From: the human T2T-CHM13v2.0 reference genome, Homo sapiens
Reading direction: 5' to 3' (one strand)
Length of the DNA: 64,000 bases
NCBI RefSeq assembly: GCF_009914755.1
Contig: NC_060932.1
Of the stretch, positions 27,511 through 41,916 are shown piece after piece. Position 1 is the stretch's first letter. Each line of letters starts with the position of its first letter. The notes below the pieces were generated by a model. That model saw only the letters and a program-made list of their open reading frames with translations, was not told the DNA's origin and did not search any database. The position numbers were made by a program, and so were the translations under genes.

Positions 27511-28489
27511 AGCATGGAACATAGTAAATAGTAAATAAATTTTTAAAAGTTCTTACAAATTTTGACTCATGTTATATTTTTCAAAAGTAAGGCAAAATCA
27601 AGCTGTATGGAATAGGAAAAGTAAGGGTCATTTGTACATTTTTATCTCAAATATTTGACATAAACATCAGAAAACAAAGAAATATTCGTTTCAAAACTGT
27701 CTTCAGCTTATATGAGTTCACTATTTTAAAAAGCCACATTTCATTTGGGGATAGAACTGTTCTACCTTTTAGGCAAAAAACAAAAGCGAAAATATCAATA
27801 CAGGCTGTATTGTTCTGTTAGTTTCATTTTCAGAGCAGTTTAACAAGTATAGTGCTTCTTCTCCAAGAAGGCCAAAACAGGACTGGCAGAGAAGTGGAGG
27901 GATGGAAGAAAAGCATTGCTAAGGAGAGAAAGATAGGAAGACAGCAGTCATCATCTAAAGAAAACAGGAATAGCTAAGAAAAAAAAATCTACCAGGGTGC
28001 AGAAGGTTCATTGACTGTTTTCTTTTTATTTTTACACTAATGATTGACATTCAACTTTTGAGTTTCTACCTAGTATGCATTCTAAAATTCTACTTGAAAT
28101 CATCATTCTAAGTCTGTTTTGCAGAAGATTTTTGCGCTACTCTTGTCTTATGAGATGAGTCAATGTGGAGGGGGTATCACAGAGTAAAGATGTTTACAAA
28201 GATCCCTAGAGATACAGGAAGCAAGAGAATATCTGATATAATGAATTTATCAGAGACAGGAAATCAGAGTAAGAAATGCAGGAATAAATATAATCTCTTG
28301 GAAAATCTGGGATGCTAAGCAGTCCCCATCATACTAGGAATAAAATATCAATCTATTTAATAAGATTAAAAATTAATTAAGCTCAGACAAACAGAGAATA
28401 TAGAGTCTTCCAGAGAACCAGCAATTAAATTATATTTACTAATACCTTTGGAGCAGAAATTACAGGAATAATATTAGCTAGCATGGATA

Positions 28490-28695
28490 TCTTTAATATT
28501 TATGGTTTACAAAGGTCTTTTAAAAAGAATGTCCTATTTGATCCTTAGAAGAGATGTATTTGGGAATCATAATTTTTCCCATTTTAAAGATAATGAAACC
28601 TAAATAGGTTAAGTGGACAGAGCCAAGATCATTCAGCAATTATGTGGCGGAAGCAGGCATACTGATCTTCAGAAGGTAAATCTCGTATTCTTTCA
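28490..28695 (-). mobile_element. MIR
   Basis: TTTCCCATTTTAAAGATAATGAAAC..AGGTTAAGTG..GCCAAGATCA..CAGC. Confidence 0.6.
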
Positions 28696-29749
28696 CAATA
28701 AATGTATGATTCTTTTCTCTTTGTTCTAGTTATTATGACCCACTCTGATTCATGTTGTGTTTTTATCCTCAGTTTGAATCTGTCTTAGTTATCTTTTTAG
28801 AAGGTGGTGGTGGTGATGATGACATTGTTGATAATCTCAAAAATGTCAACAATAATCATAGTTATCATTATCAGTATCATCAAAAAAAGCCTATTTTAAG
28901 TAATCAGAAATTTTGAGGTTCTATCAATAACTTAACATAGTCATTGATATTATCAATAACAGATAGAAATACGCAATGCAGGTAGACAATGAAGAACTAA
29001 TGCAGCTTCAGATCTTATCATTACATTGTTGAATTTAAAGACATTCATTCAAGCAGCAATTTTTGTACAAATTCTAAGTGTTAACCATTTCTATGTGCTA
29101 GGAATACTACCATGCACCTAACAGTGAGAAAAGGAATAAGAATCTGCCAAAACCAGTCTTTGGTCTCAAGATACTCATGGTGAAGTTGGGAAAGAGGTAG
29201 ACAAAATATTTGGAATTCAAATGGGAAACATGTAAAAATATAAAAAGTTACCAAGAAAGCATAGAGAATCACGGTCATTACTCTGCCAGTGAAGACAAAC
29301 AAATATTATTCTGGGTTATTCATCCCTACCCATATTTATCTGTGGAATAATGTCTTCTTTCACCGGAGAGAAGATGCCACAGCTGATATATTTAATAAGC
29401 AATGGGTGTACAAATGCTGAGGTGCTAGCTTTTTAAATTCACTGTTTATTTTTTATTTTTTGTGTCTGAAGAAAGCAATCATACAACTCATCAGACATCA
29501 ATCTGATCAATGCTGTGTTTACATTTGACATTTTGGATGGTGATGAAATAACTAATTTTACATTATTTTTGTGGTCTAGATTTAATATTTCCTTTTTGGA
29601 ATTATATAAGTTAAAAATCATAAAGCTACTTGTAAAAATAATCAGTAACAAGAGGTTTCTCAATTGGCAACATAAATATATTGGAGTAATTGCTCTTAGG
29701 AAGATCATGGGAGCACAGCAAAGTAAGCAGATGATTTAGAATCAATCAA

Positions 29750-29900
29750 AGCTGTTTAAATTCTGGCCTGCTACTAGCCATGTGAACTTTGCCAAATTAC
29801 TTAACTTCTAGAGGCTCAGTTTCTTTCTTAGTAAAATAGAAGAAAATAATTTTTCAACAAGCTGTATTAAGATCTAAATGATACTATGTTTATAAACACC
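29750..29900 (+). mobile_element. MIR
   Basis: CTACTAGCCATGTGAACTTTGCCAAATTACTTAACTTCT..CTCAGTTTCTT. Confidence 0.65.
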
Positions 29901-31542
29901 ACTGGCATACACTATACATCATATACTATGTAACACACAGTGATATGATGTTAGCATTAGTCTTGTTTACCACAGAACAGATCACACAAGTTGATTTTCC
30001 TCCTGAAGGTGTTAGGAATATCACAATAACATTAAGTATAAGAACAGTAATTTAAAATATGGAAATATTCTAATATTTGGGACAAGCATTCTAGAAAGTA
30101 TTTCTTTTTTCCTTCTTGACGCCATTATTTTTCTTTGACAGTGTGATATAAGCTTATTTCATTGGGTTTTTTCATTTGATCACTGACTGTATTTATCTTT
30201 TCTCTGTATATGGATAAAAACAGCTCTTTCACAATATGTGTAATTTGTAAGAAAGCAATAAATACCTCCAAAAAACACAATCTGGACCATCACCACAAAA
30301 TAAAAACATTGTAGCTAACTATGCACAGAACCCACTAAACTAAAAGCAGCCCTTGCAAAACAAACCATTCTTTTCTTAAGCAATCAGTGCAAATTGCAAA
30401 GGCAACAAACATTTTAGCCCCAGATGAAGAAGCCACAAAACAGCCCCAAAAAGCCTCATATGAAATTTGCCACATAAAGCAAAACGAGAAGAAACCATTT
30501 GGTGGTGGTAAAAGGTGACTGCACCAGGATATTCTAAGAGATTCTTAAAACTCTCAAACACATGAACTCTAGCCATCAAAGTCATTATTTTACTGGCACA
30601 ATAGTACATTCTCCATAGGGTGGGGTGTGGAAAGCATCTTTATTTAATTATGAAATATAATCATTGAGAAGTTATAAATTTTAATGAAATAAGAGAAGGC
30701 TTATTATGAAATAAATATAGAAGATTTCTTGTTGCCAAGAAATTGACCACAATTAGGTATTTAAGATATATTTGAATATATGTGCTTCAGAATCTGATGT
30801 GACAATGAGCCCAGGAGACTCTAAGCAGTGACAGTATCTCCCTTTTACAACTATATTGGGGGTTCAGGGGACCAAATCTAAATTCATGGGGCATCATGTA
30901 GGAATTTCAGACATCCGTCTAAAACATTTGAGGAAATGTGAATAAAGAAGTTATGACAAATTGATATTTGAATTTAAAGGAATTCTATTTTCTTTTAAAG
31001 ACCAGGAAACATAACAAAATAGAAATTCACAAGAATGCTCAAATTAGTACAATTTAGTAAATACACCATATTTATGTAGTGTTAACATTTTAAAAAATAA
31101 CATGGTCTTGTTAAATTCTGAATCCTACCCTCAGTTTTTCACTTCTTACTCTATATGGAATTTTATGTTAATACGAAACAGATGGCCTGGTTTTCTTTGG
31201 TATTCATGTTTTCTTCACAGAGTTCAGAATTCCTCTTATTCCTCCAGACTCTTCAGCATTCTCACCATGGCTTTCTCAACAATGTTAGGCATATCAAACT
31301 AAGCATCTGTCTTTTCTTCTCATAGAGGAAAAAGGAGACAGAAATAGGCTAAGAGACTTACCTAAAGGTTACCTGAAATTTATTAATAACTAGCTAAGAA
31401 ATTCTGACAAAGATTTGGAGAAAAAAATACCACTGACAAGCACACTGACAGTGAAATGGACTAACCACCCCTCGCCTATAATTTACTGTGTTCAACTCTT
31501 GCATTGGAAACAGCAAGTACTATGTTTTCAGCTCAGAGAGAC

Positions 31543-31578
<36 letters not shown>

Positions 31579-33349
31579 TTCATATACCGCACTAATCTGG
31601 AAGATGTTAAGTTGGTTAGTATCATCATGCTTTGATTTTTCTCAAATGTATTCTTTAAAGTATATTATCAACTATGGTAGCCACAGTTTTTGGATAAATA
31701 TTTTCTAGAGGGTTGCAACTCTAGGGTGCTAAACCATAGGCAAGCATTTAAGTATTAGAGACAAATTTTATATCTTCACAGTATTACAGGTATGGCACTT
31801 TCTAAGCAACTGATATTTATTTTTAAGATATTTAATATAAATATTTAAATATATTTTTAATAAAATTTATATTGAATATATATTTTAGTATATTTTAGTT
31901 AATATTAGGTGGTTTAATAAAGGAATCTAAGCATCAAGATTTCTAACTTTCCCTAATGATCATACCTAGTGGAGTTTTCAGAAAGTCTTGAGGTGTCTCT
32001 ATTTAAGAATAATCTTAACCTGGACTGGCCAAGATATGCCAGAACTCAAGCAATAAGAGTTCCAAGTAATGTTTAATTTTACTCAGCAGTAATTTGTATA
32101 AACTCTCATAGCTTACTGTGCTGGTAAACTTGTAGATAAGTAGAAGTACTTCTTATACAACTGTGTCATTATGTGAGGGATAGAGATGAGTAAGTAAAGA
32201 CCAGAAAGGGATTCTCGACTCTAAATTGAATTCAAAAGAATTCCAGGCTAACTTCTTGTACATCCATGTCTCCATTACCTACTATAACCCCTTTTTCTAG
32301 CAGTTGACTCCTTCACAAGTACAGAACTAACATCCAGGTAGGATGCATTTATTGTCATGAGAGCACACATGTCTCAATTTTCTTATTTTATAAACTTTTA
32401 AAAGGACTAAAAGAGAAAAGGAAGGTTTTGTTGGATGAGACACAATTCCATACCTTTCTTTTAAGGTATTTATAATATTTAGGTAAGCAGTAAAATGACC
32501 AAAATTGAACTAGCATTTTATTACCTTGAAGAATACATGATCAACTCATCCCAGTTTCTCGAAAAGTTTCCAACATGGACGAAGTAACCAGGTGTGACAA
32601 GGAGCAATATGCATGCTAACATTTTACAAAAACGACACCTGAATAATCTGGCACAGTTGTCACCACTGAAATAATGGGAGAAAGAAGATGAGGAAGAGGG
32701 AAAGAAGGGGCAGGGAAATGGAAAGGGGAAAGCGAAAGGGAAAGGGAAGGGGACAAGAAGCAGTAGCAGTTGTGGAAGTAAAGATGTTCCAAATTATGTG
32801 AACTAGGAAAACTTACAAGGTTATATCAGGCAAAAAGTACTATAATTCCTACAACATACTTGACAAATTGGAGAACAAAGCACCCAAATCACAAGAAAAC
32901 CCTTCAAGACACAGCACATTCTTACCTGTGGAAAGCAGTTTACTTGGACATAAGAAAAATTAAAACAAATTGACTTATAAAAAATTCTGATGGAGTGTTT
33001 TGAATTACATGAGAAATCCCCAAGATTTGAAATGCCATTAAAAAATGTTCATTGTTGGACAGGAGATTATTACAACAACTGTTGTTTTCTTGAGCATAAT
33101 GCTTAATTATTACTGACTTACTTTACTTTTAAATAAACTTCCACTGGTATAATACATGTTTATAAATCATTATGCTAATATTATCATCTGGGATAAACTA
33201 TACTTTAGAAAAGTTTTAAAATAAACTTTATTCATGTAATATAAAGCAATGGGAAGTGATAAAAAATATTTAAAAATTAGACAAAAAATGTTGGCATTTC
33301 AGAGAAAATTTGTAAAAATCAAAAATAAATGTGGAAACATAGGTCCAGA

Positions 33350-34413
<1,064 letters not shown>

Positions 34414-34786
34414 TTATTGTGTGAGCAATCCAACCAGAAAAAAAGAACAAAGGAAGAGCTATCATTCAAGATCTTCTTCTTAATAATTTTTACTTTAAAA
34501 GAAGGACAGGAAGTAAGAAAGTAACTCAACGAAAAGGAAAAAGTCAAAACAAGACAAACACCAAATTATTGAAAGAAAAAAAATGCTTCAGGATGTCTAG
34601 TTACTTGTGGCATGACATGGACTCATTGCAAATGAGAAAAGATGATAAAATAAACAAAGGCTTAATGTTACATGAAAATAAAAGACATGGAAGAATAATA
34701 AAAATATGAGGTTATAAAAATGTAAAATGAAGACATATACAAACTTGATACACTATATATTTCTGTTTAAAAATACCAATATGTAT

Positions 34787-37089
34787 TGTATTTGTCTATT
34801 TCATACTGCTATGAAGAAAATACTGGGTAATTTCTGAGACTGGGTAATGTATAAAGAAAAAGAGGTTTAATGGACTTAAAGTTCCACATGGCTGGGGAGG
34901 CCTCACAATCATGGTGGAAGGTGAAAGAAGAGCAAAAGCATGTCTTACATGGTGGCAGGCAAGAGAGCATGTGCAGGGGAACTGCCATTTATAGAACCAT
35001 TAGATCTTATGAGACTTATTCACTATCATGACAACAGCATGGGAAAACCTGCCTCTGTGATTCAATTACCCTCTACCAGGTCCCTCCCATGACACATGGG
35101 GATTACGGGAGCTACAATTCTAGATGAGATTTGGATGGGGACACAGCCAAACCATATCATTCCACCCCTGGCTCTTCACAAATCTCATGTCCTCACATTT
35201 CAAAATGAATTATGTCTTCTCAATAGTCTATCAAATACTTAATAACTCATTACAGCATTAACTCAAAAGTCCACAGTCAAAAGTCTCATCTGAGACAAGG
35301 CAAGTCCCTTCCACCTATAAGCCTGTAAAATCAAAAGACAAGGGGGATACAAGCATTGGGTAAATACACTCATTCCAACTAGGAGAAATTGACCAAAATG
35401 AAGGGGCTACAGGCCCCATGCAAGTCTGAAATCCAGCAGGGCAGTCAAATCTTAAAGTTCCAAAATGATCTCCTTTGATTCCATGTCTCACAGCCAGGTC
35501 ATGCTGATGCAAGAGGTGGGTTCTCACAGCCTTGGGCAGCTCCACCCCTATAACTTTGCAGGGTGCAGACCCTCTCCTGGCTGCTTTCATTGAATGGAAT
35601 TGAGTGTGGCTTTTCTAGGCACACGGTGCAAGCTGTCAGTGGATCTAACAGTCTGGGATCTGGAGGACGGTGCCCCTCTTCTCACAGCTCCACTAGGCAG
35701 TGCCACAGTGGGGACTCTGTGTGGGGGCTCACACCCCACATTTCCCTTCTTCCCTGCCCTAGCAGAGGTTCTCTACGAGGGCTCTGTCCCTGCAGCACAT
35801 CTCTGCCTAGACATCCCAGCATTTCTATACATTTTCTGAAATCTAGGTGAAGATTCCCAAACCTCAATTTTTGACTTCTGTGTACCTCAGGCCCAACACC
35901 ACATATAAGCTACCAAAGCTTGGGGCTTGCACCCTTTAAAGCAATTGCCTGAGCTGTACACTGGCCCATTTTGGCCATGGCTGGGATGCAGGGCACTAAG
36001 CCCCGAGACTTTGCAAAGTAACAAGGCACTGTGGCTTGCCCATAAAACCATATTTTCCTCCTAGGCCTCTGGGCCTGTGATGGGAGGGCTGCTGTGAAGA
36101 CCTCTGATATGCCCTGGAAACATTTTTCCCATTGCCTTGGTGATTAACATTTACCTCCTCATTACTTATGCAAATTTCTGCAACCAGCTTGAATTTCATT
36201 CACCCCAGAAAATGGGTTTTTCTTATCTATCGCATTATTAAGCTGCAAATTTTCCAAACTTTTACGCTCTGCTTCCCTTTTAAATGTAAGTTTCAATTCC
36301 AAACCATATCTTTGCGAATGAATAAAACTGAATGCTTTTAAGAAGCACCCAAGTCACATCGTGAATGCTTTGCTGCTTCAAAATGTCTTCCACCAGATAC
36401 CCTAAATCATCTCTCTCAAATTCAAAGTTCCACAGATCTCTAGAACATGGGCACAATGCCTTCAGTCTCTTTGTTAAAACATAGCAAGAATCACCTTTGC
36501 TCCAGTTTCCAATAAGTTCCTCATCTCCATCTGAGACCACCTCAACCTGGACTTTTTGATCAAAACCATTCAACAAGTCTTTGGGAAGCTCCAAACTTTC
36601 CCACATCTTCCTATGTTCTTCTGAGCCCTCCAAATTGTTCTAACCTCTGCCTGTTAACCAGTTCCAAAGCTGCTTCCACATTTTGGGGTATCTTGATCAC
36701 AGTACCCCACTATACCAGTACCAATTTACTGTATTAGTCCATTTTCATACTGCTATGAAGAAAATACCCGACTGGGCAATTTATAAAGAAAAAGAGGTTT
36801 AATGGACTCACAGTTTCACATGACTGAAGAGGCCTCATAATCATGGAGGAAGGTGAAGAAGGAGTAAAGCATGCCTTACATGGCATCAGGCAAGAGAGTG
36901 TGTTCAGAGGAACTGCCCTTTATAAAACCATCAAATCTTGTGAGACTTATTCACTATCATGACAACAGCATGAGAAAACCTACCTCATAATTAAATTACT
37001 TCTCACTGGCTCCTTCCCATGAAATATGGGAATCATGGGAGCTATAATTCAAGATGAGATTTGGGTGGGGACAACGCCAAACCGTATCA
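34787..37089 (-). mobile_element. Complete THE1C (MaLR) provirus: 5' LTR 36730-37089, internal 35160-36729, 3' LTR 34787-35159
   Basis: Two LTRs of THE1C type (TGTATTAGTCCATTTTCATACTGCTATGAAG...CCAAACC.TATCA) and THE1-int peptide MEGSEEHRKMWESLELPKDLLNGFDQ. Polypurine tract GGGGTGGAA; 5-bp TSD TGTAT at 34782-34786 and 37090-37094. Confidence 0.95.
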
Positions 37090-37350
37090 TGTATATTATA
37101 AATTCTCCCTAATTGATCTACCCTGTTGAAGAAATGGAGAATGATGAACAAAAATAAAATGTTATAATGTTGGTGGAGAATTACCTTAAGTAAAGAAAAA
37201 GAAGGAATGTGGGGAAAATGTGGAAACAGTACAAAAGAAGCATAATTATGGAAGAAAGATAAAAGTCTGGACATTTTTGATCAGTAATATAGTATAAAAT
37301 GAAACCTGTTAAAATTTCCCTCTGTGTTACATATTATATTGGCAAATATT

Positions 37351-37411
37351 TCTCTCTCTCTCTCTCTCAGACACACAGAGAGAGAGAGAGAGTGTGTGTG
37401 TGCGTGTGTGT
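37351..37411. repeat. (TC)n-(AG)n-(TG)n compound microsatellite
   Basis: Direct reading; the TC and GA arms are mutually complementary. Confidence 0.9.
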
Positions 37412-38967
37412 ATTTTTGAAAGGGCTCCATCAGTAGATAAAAATAAGGTTCATTAGGCTTTTAAAAATAACTTGTCTCCAATTATCTGCCATAGCTTTGC
37501 TTTTCTCGACATGCTCCCTCAAGAGGATATGGACAAGTCCTTCTGGATCACAGACACTTGAAAAGCAGAAGGAAAAGAGGAAGGAAGAGTGGGAAGGAAT
37601 ATGTATGTTGCAAACACTGTTAGAAGACTGGTTAGATTTGAGCCTGTAGCATATATATCATCCCTGTCAATTTTCAAAGTGAATTATCCCAACCAACTAT
37701 ATAATTACATATTTCTCTAAACATAATTTTACCATTTGAATAACTTAGAATTTCAGCTTAGAAAAATTAAAAGGAATAGGGTGGTCATTCAAGAAAAACT
37801 ATTTACCATGAGATGGTTATTCAAGTATCTCAATCTGTTTATGGAAATACATCATTTTAAAATAGACAGTGGTTAAGTTTTTTGATCATTAAATATGAAA
37901 GAAGGGAGTATTTAATAGAATTAGTAACACTTGTAGCCTATCAGACTGCTTTCCAAAAGAAAATGCAATTTAGCAAAATGAGTGTGGTTGGAAACTCAGG
38001 CAAGAATAACTACCACTTTCTTCAGATCCACCCAAGACTTATACAGTGGCCATTCCAATTAGCATAATGGTCCAATGTTCAGTGGGATGCAAGGTCCTTT
38101 GTTAGGGATGCTTCCTCATTTAAAAAACCTGTTTGAAGTGGGGTCTAATTTTAACTTTGCAATGCCAAAATATGGCTTGAAGGGTCTATTTTCAATTCAA
38201 TAAATGTTGGTATTGCATTTCCAAGTTGAGATAGCTGTCATCAACTGTCTAAAAGACTCATATTTAAGACAAAATGGAGTGACAGAGTATGGAGTACCAG
38301 GCTTAAAAAGCTGGTTCTCTGTTCATGTTAATTATACTGAATTGATTATTTATTCTATTAGAATGCTTCTTATTTACAAATGAAGTGCATGTACTAATAG
38401 GAATCCCCAAGCTCACTGTAAATGTTACCTGAAAATTAAGAAAATGGAATTAAGAATTTCTTTCCAGTAAATTGTTAAAATATATCTATGAACCCCAAGT
38501 GCAAAAGTGGCTTTAGTTGTTTTTATTTTTGTTTAAAAGTTGTGGGTAATATGAACACATGGGTGATTTCAAAGCACTACAGAGAAGTGCTTTAAAAAAT
38601 TGTTATTCATAGCCCCGCCATTGGTAAGCTAAAATTGTTGCCTTATTTTTATAAATGAGAAAGAACCAGCTATTTGGCAACTCTCTAAGCTAGAGTCAAC
38701 AATAGTAAGTACATGATGCATCCAGGATAAAAATAAACAAGACCTCTCATTTTCCAGTCACACCATGAGTCACTTTGCTCCAGACAACATTTAAAATGCT
38801 AAAATTTTGACCAAATTTATACAGATGAGGGATCCTTGGAAAACAATTATGATAGACATTATAGAAAATATATCAAAAAATGTAGCCAGTAAAAAAAGGC
38901 AGTGTTATATTTAACATGTTACTATTGGTGCAGCATAGTAAAGAGAGTGCTTCTCAATCATGACTGG

Positions 38968-39893
38968 TGTGGTGATCAGTCTCTTAGATGACTCCAGTGA
39001 TCCCTGCCTTCTTGTGTTCATGCTCATCTATAATCCCCTCCCTTTGAGTGAAGATTGGAGTTGGTAACTTGTTTCAAGTGAACAGAATGTGCAGAGAATG
39101 TGATAAAGTAATGAAATGTCACTTTGCCATATTGTGAGTTGGTCTGTGGAGAAACCCGTATGGCAAGGCACTGAGGGAGGCCTCTCGCCAATTTTCAGTA
39201 AGGACCCAAGGCCCTCCATATAATAACCGAAGAGCCACTGAATCCTTGCAACAGTCATATGAGTCGCTTTGGACACAGTTTTCCCCCAGTCAAGCCTTCA
39301 GATGATACCTGATGTGGTTTGGATGTTTTCTCCCCTCCAAATCTCATGTTGAAATGTGATTGCCCATGTTAGAGGGCAAGCCTGGTGGAAAATGTTTAGG
39401 TCATGGGAGTGGATCCCTCATGAATGGTTTGGTGCTGTCTTCATGGTAATGAGTGATTTCCCACACTTCAGTGTCACTGAAGTGTGACACCTGCCCCCCT
39501 TCTTTTCCTCCCTCTCTTGCCATATGATGCACTGGTTCTCCCTTCGCCTTTCACCATTATTGTAAACTTCCTGAGGCCTCACCAGGAGCAGATGCCAGTA
39601 CCATGCTTCTTCTACAGCCTGCAGAATCATGAACCAAAATAAACCTCTTTTCTTCATAAATTACCCAGCTTTAGGTATTCCTTTATAGCAATTCACATGG
39701 ACTAACACAAGACCTTTGCTTCAGATGAGAATGATAACCTGGCTACAACCTCATAAGGGACCTTTAACCAGATGCACTCAGCTGAGTCATGTCTAGATCC
39801 TTAATCCACAAAAATTGTGAAACAGTATACGTTTGCTGTTTTAAGCTGCTAAATTCGTGTTAATTTGTACCACAGCAATATGTAACTAATACA
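38968..39893 (+). mobile_element. MLT1 (MLT1F-like) solo LTR interrupted by MSTB
   Basis: TGTGGTG..GATGACTCCAGTGATCCCTGCCTTCTTGTGTTCATGC.. to ..TTTTAAGCTGCTAAATT..CAGCAATATGTAACTAATACA. Confidence 0.8.
39310..39709 (+). mobile_element. MSTB-type MaLR solo LTR nested in MLT1
   Basis: TGATGTGGTTTGGATGTT..CCCCTCCAAATCTCATGTTGAAATGTGA..AATAAACCTCTTTTCTT..GGACTAACACA. Approximate TSD ATACC/AGACC. Confidence 0.88.
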
Positions 39894-40389
39894 ATGGACC
39901 ACCTTCAACTCTTTCTCCAGCTTTACTTGAAGAGAAAACGTTAAAGTCTGGGGCCTGAAAGATGATAATCTTGACTCAGAGTTTGTGTAAGAGACAGAGA
40001 CTGTAAAAACAGGATGTAGCTAGAGGAGATTTCACAGAGTATCATAAATAAAGGCATAGAGAAGTGAAATGGGGAAGAGTGGATGGTGAAGATCTAACAT
40101 GAGCATATGGGTACAAAATCTCATTTTGTGTCTTCTATTTTATTCCATTGATCAAAATGTTCAAGATATCTGGAAGGAAGATTTGCATGACTATGTTCTG
40201 ACCTAAAGCCTTTTCCTAAAAATATTTCATTCTATTTAAGGATCTACATTCTTTATAATTAGAAAAAATTAAAAAATAGTAAAATCTTAGAAAGGTGTTT
40301 GATTTTCATACCACTTTAATACAATATTATACTCTTCTCTCTACAATAGTTAATTCATGATTTTGTACCGGTAATATTTTGATATAATA

Positions 40390-40605
40390 ATAATTCCTTA
40401 ATCACTGCATTAAGTGCTTTGTATTCATTGTGAGCCATCAAGCTTCCAATAACTCTGGGATATAGATAGCTACAATTCTAAATTTAAAGTGGGGAAAACT
40501 AAAGTTCAGAGGAATTAAGTGATTTGCCAAAGTCACCAGCTGGAATCTTGTGGTTCCAGGATTTGAACTCAAGTTTGTTGTAAAAGTGCTACCCACTAAC
40601 CACAG
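40390..40605 (-). mobile_element. MIR
   Basis: GGGGAAAACTAAAGTTCAGAGGAATTAAGTGATTTGCCAAAGTCACCAGCT..CCAGGATTTGAACTCAAG. Confidence 0.75.
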
Positions 40606-41537
40606 TTCCACGCCCAAACTAAACTTCCTTTCTATAGAGTAAAACATATAATTTGTATCATGTAGATTTCAGCCTTCTTTTTCACAGATTAACTACCTGT
40701 TATTGTAAGAATTGATTGATTGTTGTAGGTTTAACGACTCCTATACTACATACTCTAGTGAATGGCAAGAATAACAAAAACATTTTTAAAAATTCTTTCA
40801 TCTACTTTTGGAGTTGTGGAAACAGTAAAGGAAATTAAGTCAATATATTAGCAGTTGCTAAGTCATAATGGTTTTACCACTACCAGAATTTCAAAATTGA
40901 AGACAATCGGGAAGAGAATGGTCTAGTCAGAAAAGGGTTCTGGCATATGGTGGAACTTGAGCTAGTATTTAATAATGGCTATGAGTCAGTAAAGATTCAG
41001 AAAAAGAAATAAGTATCACTTAGTGTCATTTTTAGTTCCTTAGTAGTAGCCATAAGGATACAACTTACATCTCTTCAATGATGAAAAGTCGGATATTGAA
41101 GACAGGTTTTTCCATTAGTGACTTAATCAAATATTGACCAAAATCTAGGGGAAATACGAAAAAATCTAAGACCAATCTTGGGGTTGATGTTGGTCTGAAA
41201 CAAGCATAAAGTCAAATTTAAGACAATACTTGAAGATGATTCTTTCTTTAAATTAAGTTCAGCCTAGAAATTCCAAATTGCTCTCTGGAGAATAACATAT
41301 TTTATAAGAATTATTCTGAGGATTTTTAGAAATGTTTTCTAGGCTTCAAGAGTTGTAGCCCAAATCTAGAAGGGACACCTTGAAATGACTGAATGACTAG
41401 AGGCAGAGGATAAACCAAATTGATCCTGTATCTCAGGGCCCTTGAGCTTAGAGGAGCATACTTAATTGTTCATGACTTCAGAAGCAGTGAAAGTCAAACA
41501 CAGACACTTCTACCATTACTAAAGCTACCACTAGGTT

Positions 41538-41916
41538 TATCTTAGATTAGGTTATCAGGAAAAAATCCTTGAGTTTCATTCAGGTTTATTGGGGAGGTGA
41601 TTAGCAGCTCCACTGGTTAGGAAATGAGGAAAGCAGGGGCAGAGAAAGCAAGAAATTGACCCTCCATGTGATACAATGGTGGACTTAGCCAATCATGTGG
41701 AGAACTTGGATGTCACTACAGAATTATTCCTAATTGAGGCAGTGGATCGCTATCCCACCATCACCTAGTGAAGGAGCATTAACCTTGGGCAATTCTCTGT
41801 TGCCAGAGCAATGCCCAGTGAATAATGCAGCTGTGAGTCTTCAGCAACCAATTTACCCAGCAATTGGTGGAAGGCTGGGTCAGTCCTTGAAGAAGGTATC
41901 TGGACAGAGCGCTATA
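41538..41916 (-). mobile_element. Ancient ERVL LTR (LTR33-family-like)
   Basis: TATCTTAGATTAGGTT..GGTTTATTGGGGAGGTGAT..GAAGAAGGTATCTGGACAGAGC resembles the LTR33/LTR33A antisense layout. Confidence 0.45.

Noticed and set aside
28820-28848. Imperfect hairpin TGACATTGTTGA-TAATC-TCAAAAATGTCA
   Set aside because: It is mismatched, AT-rich and within low-complexity sequence, so compatible with chance.
36280-36633. 117-aa ORF as a domesticated gag-like gene
   Set aside because: It is an ordinary fragment of the THE1-int ORF with neighbouring frameshifts and stops; no sign of preservation.
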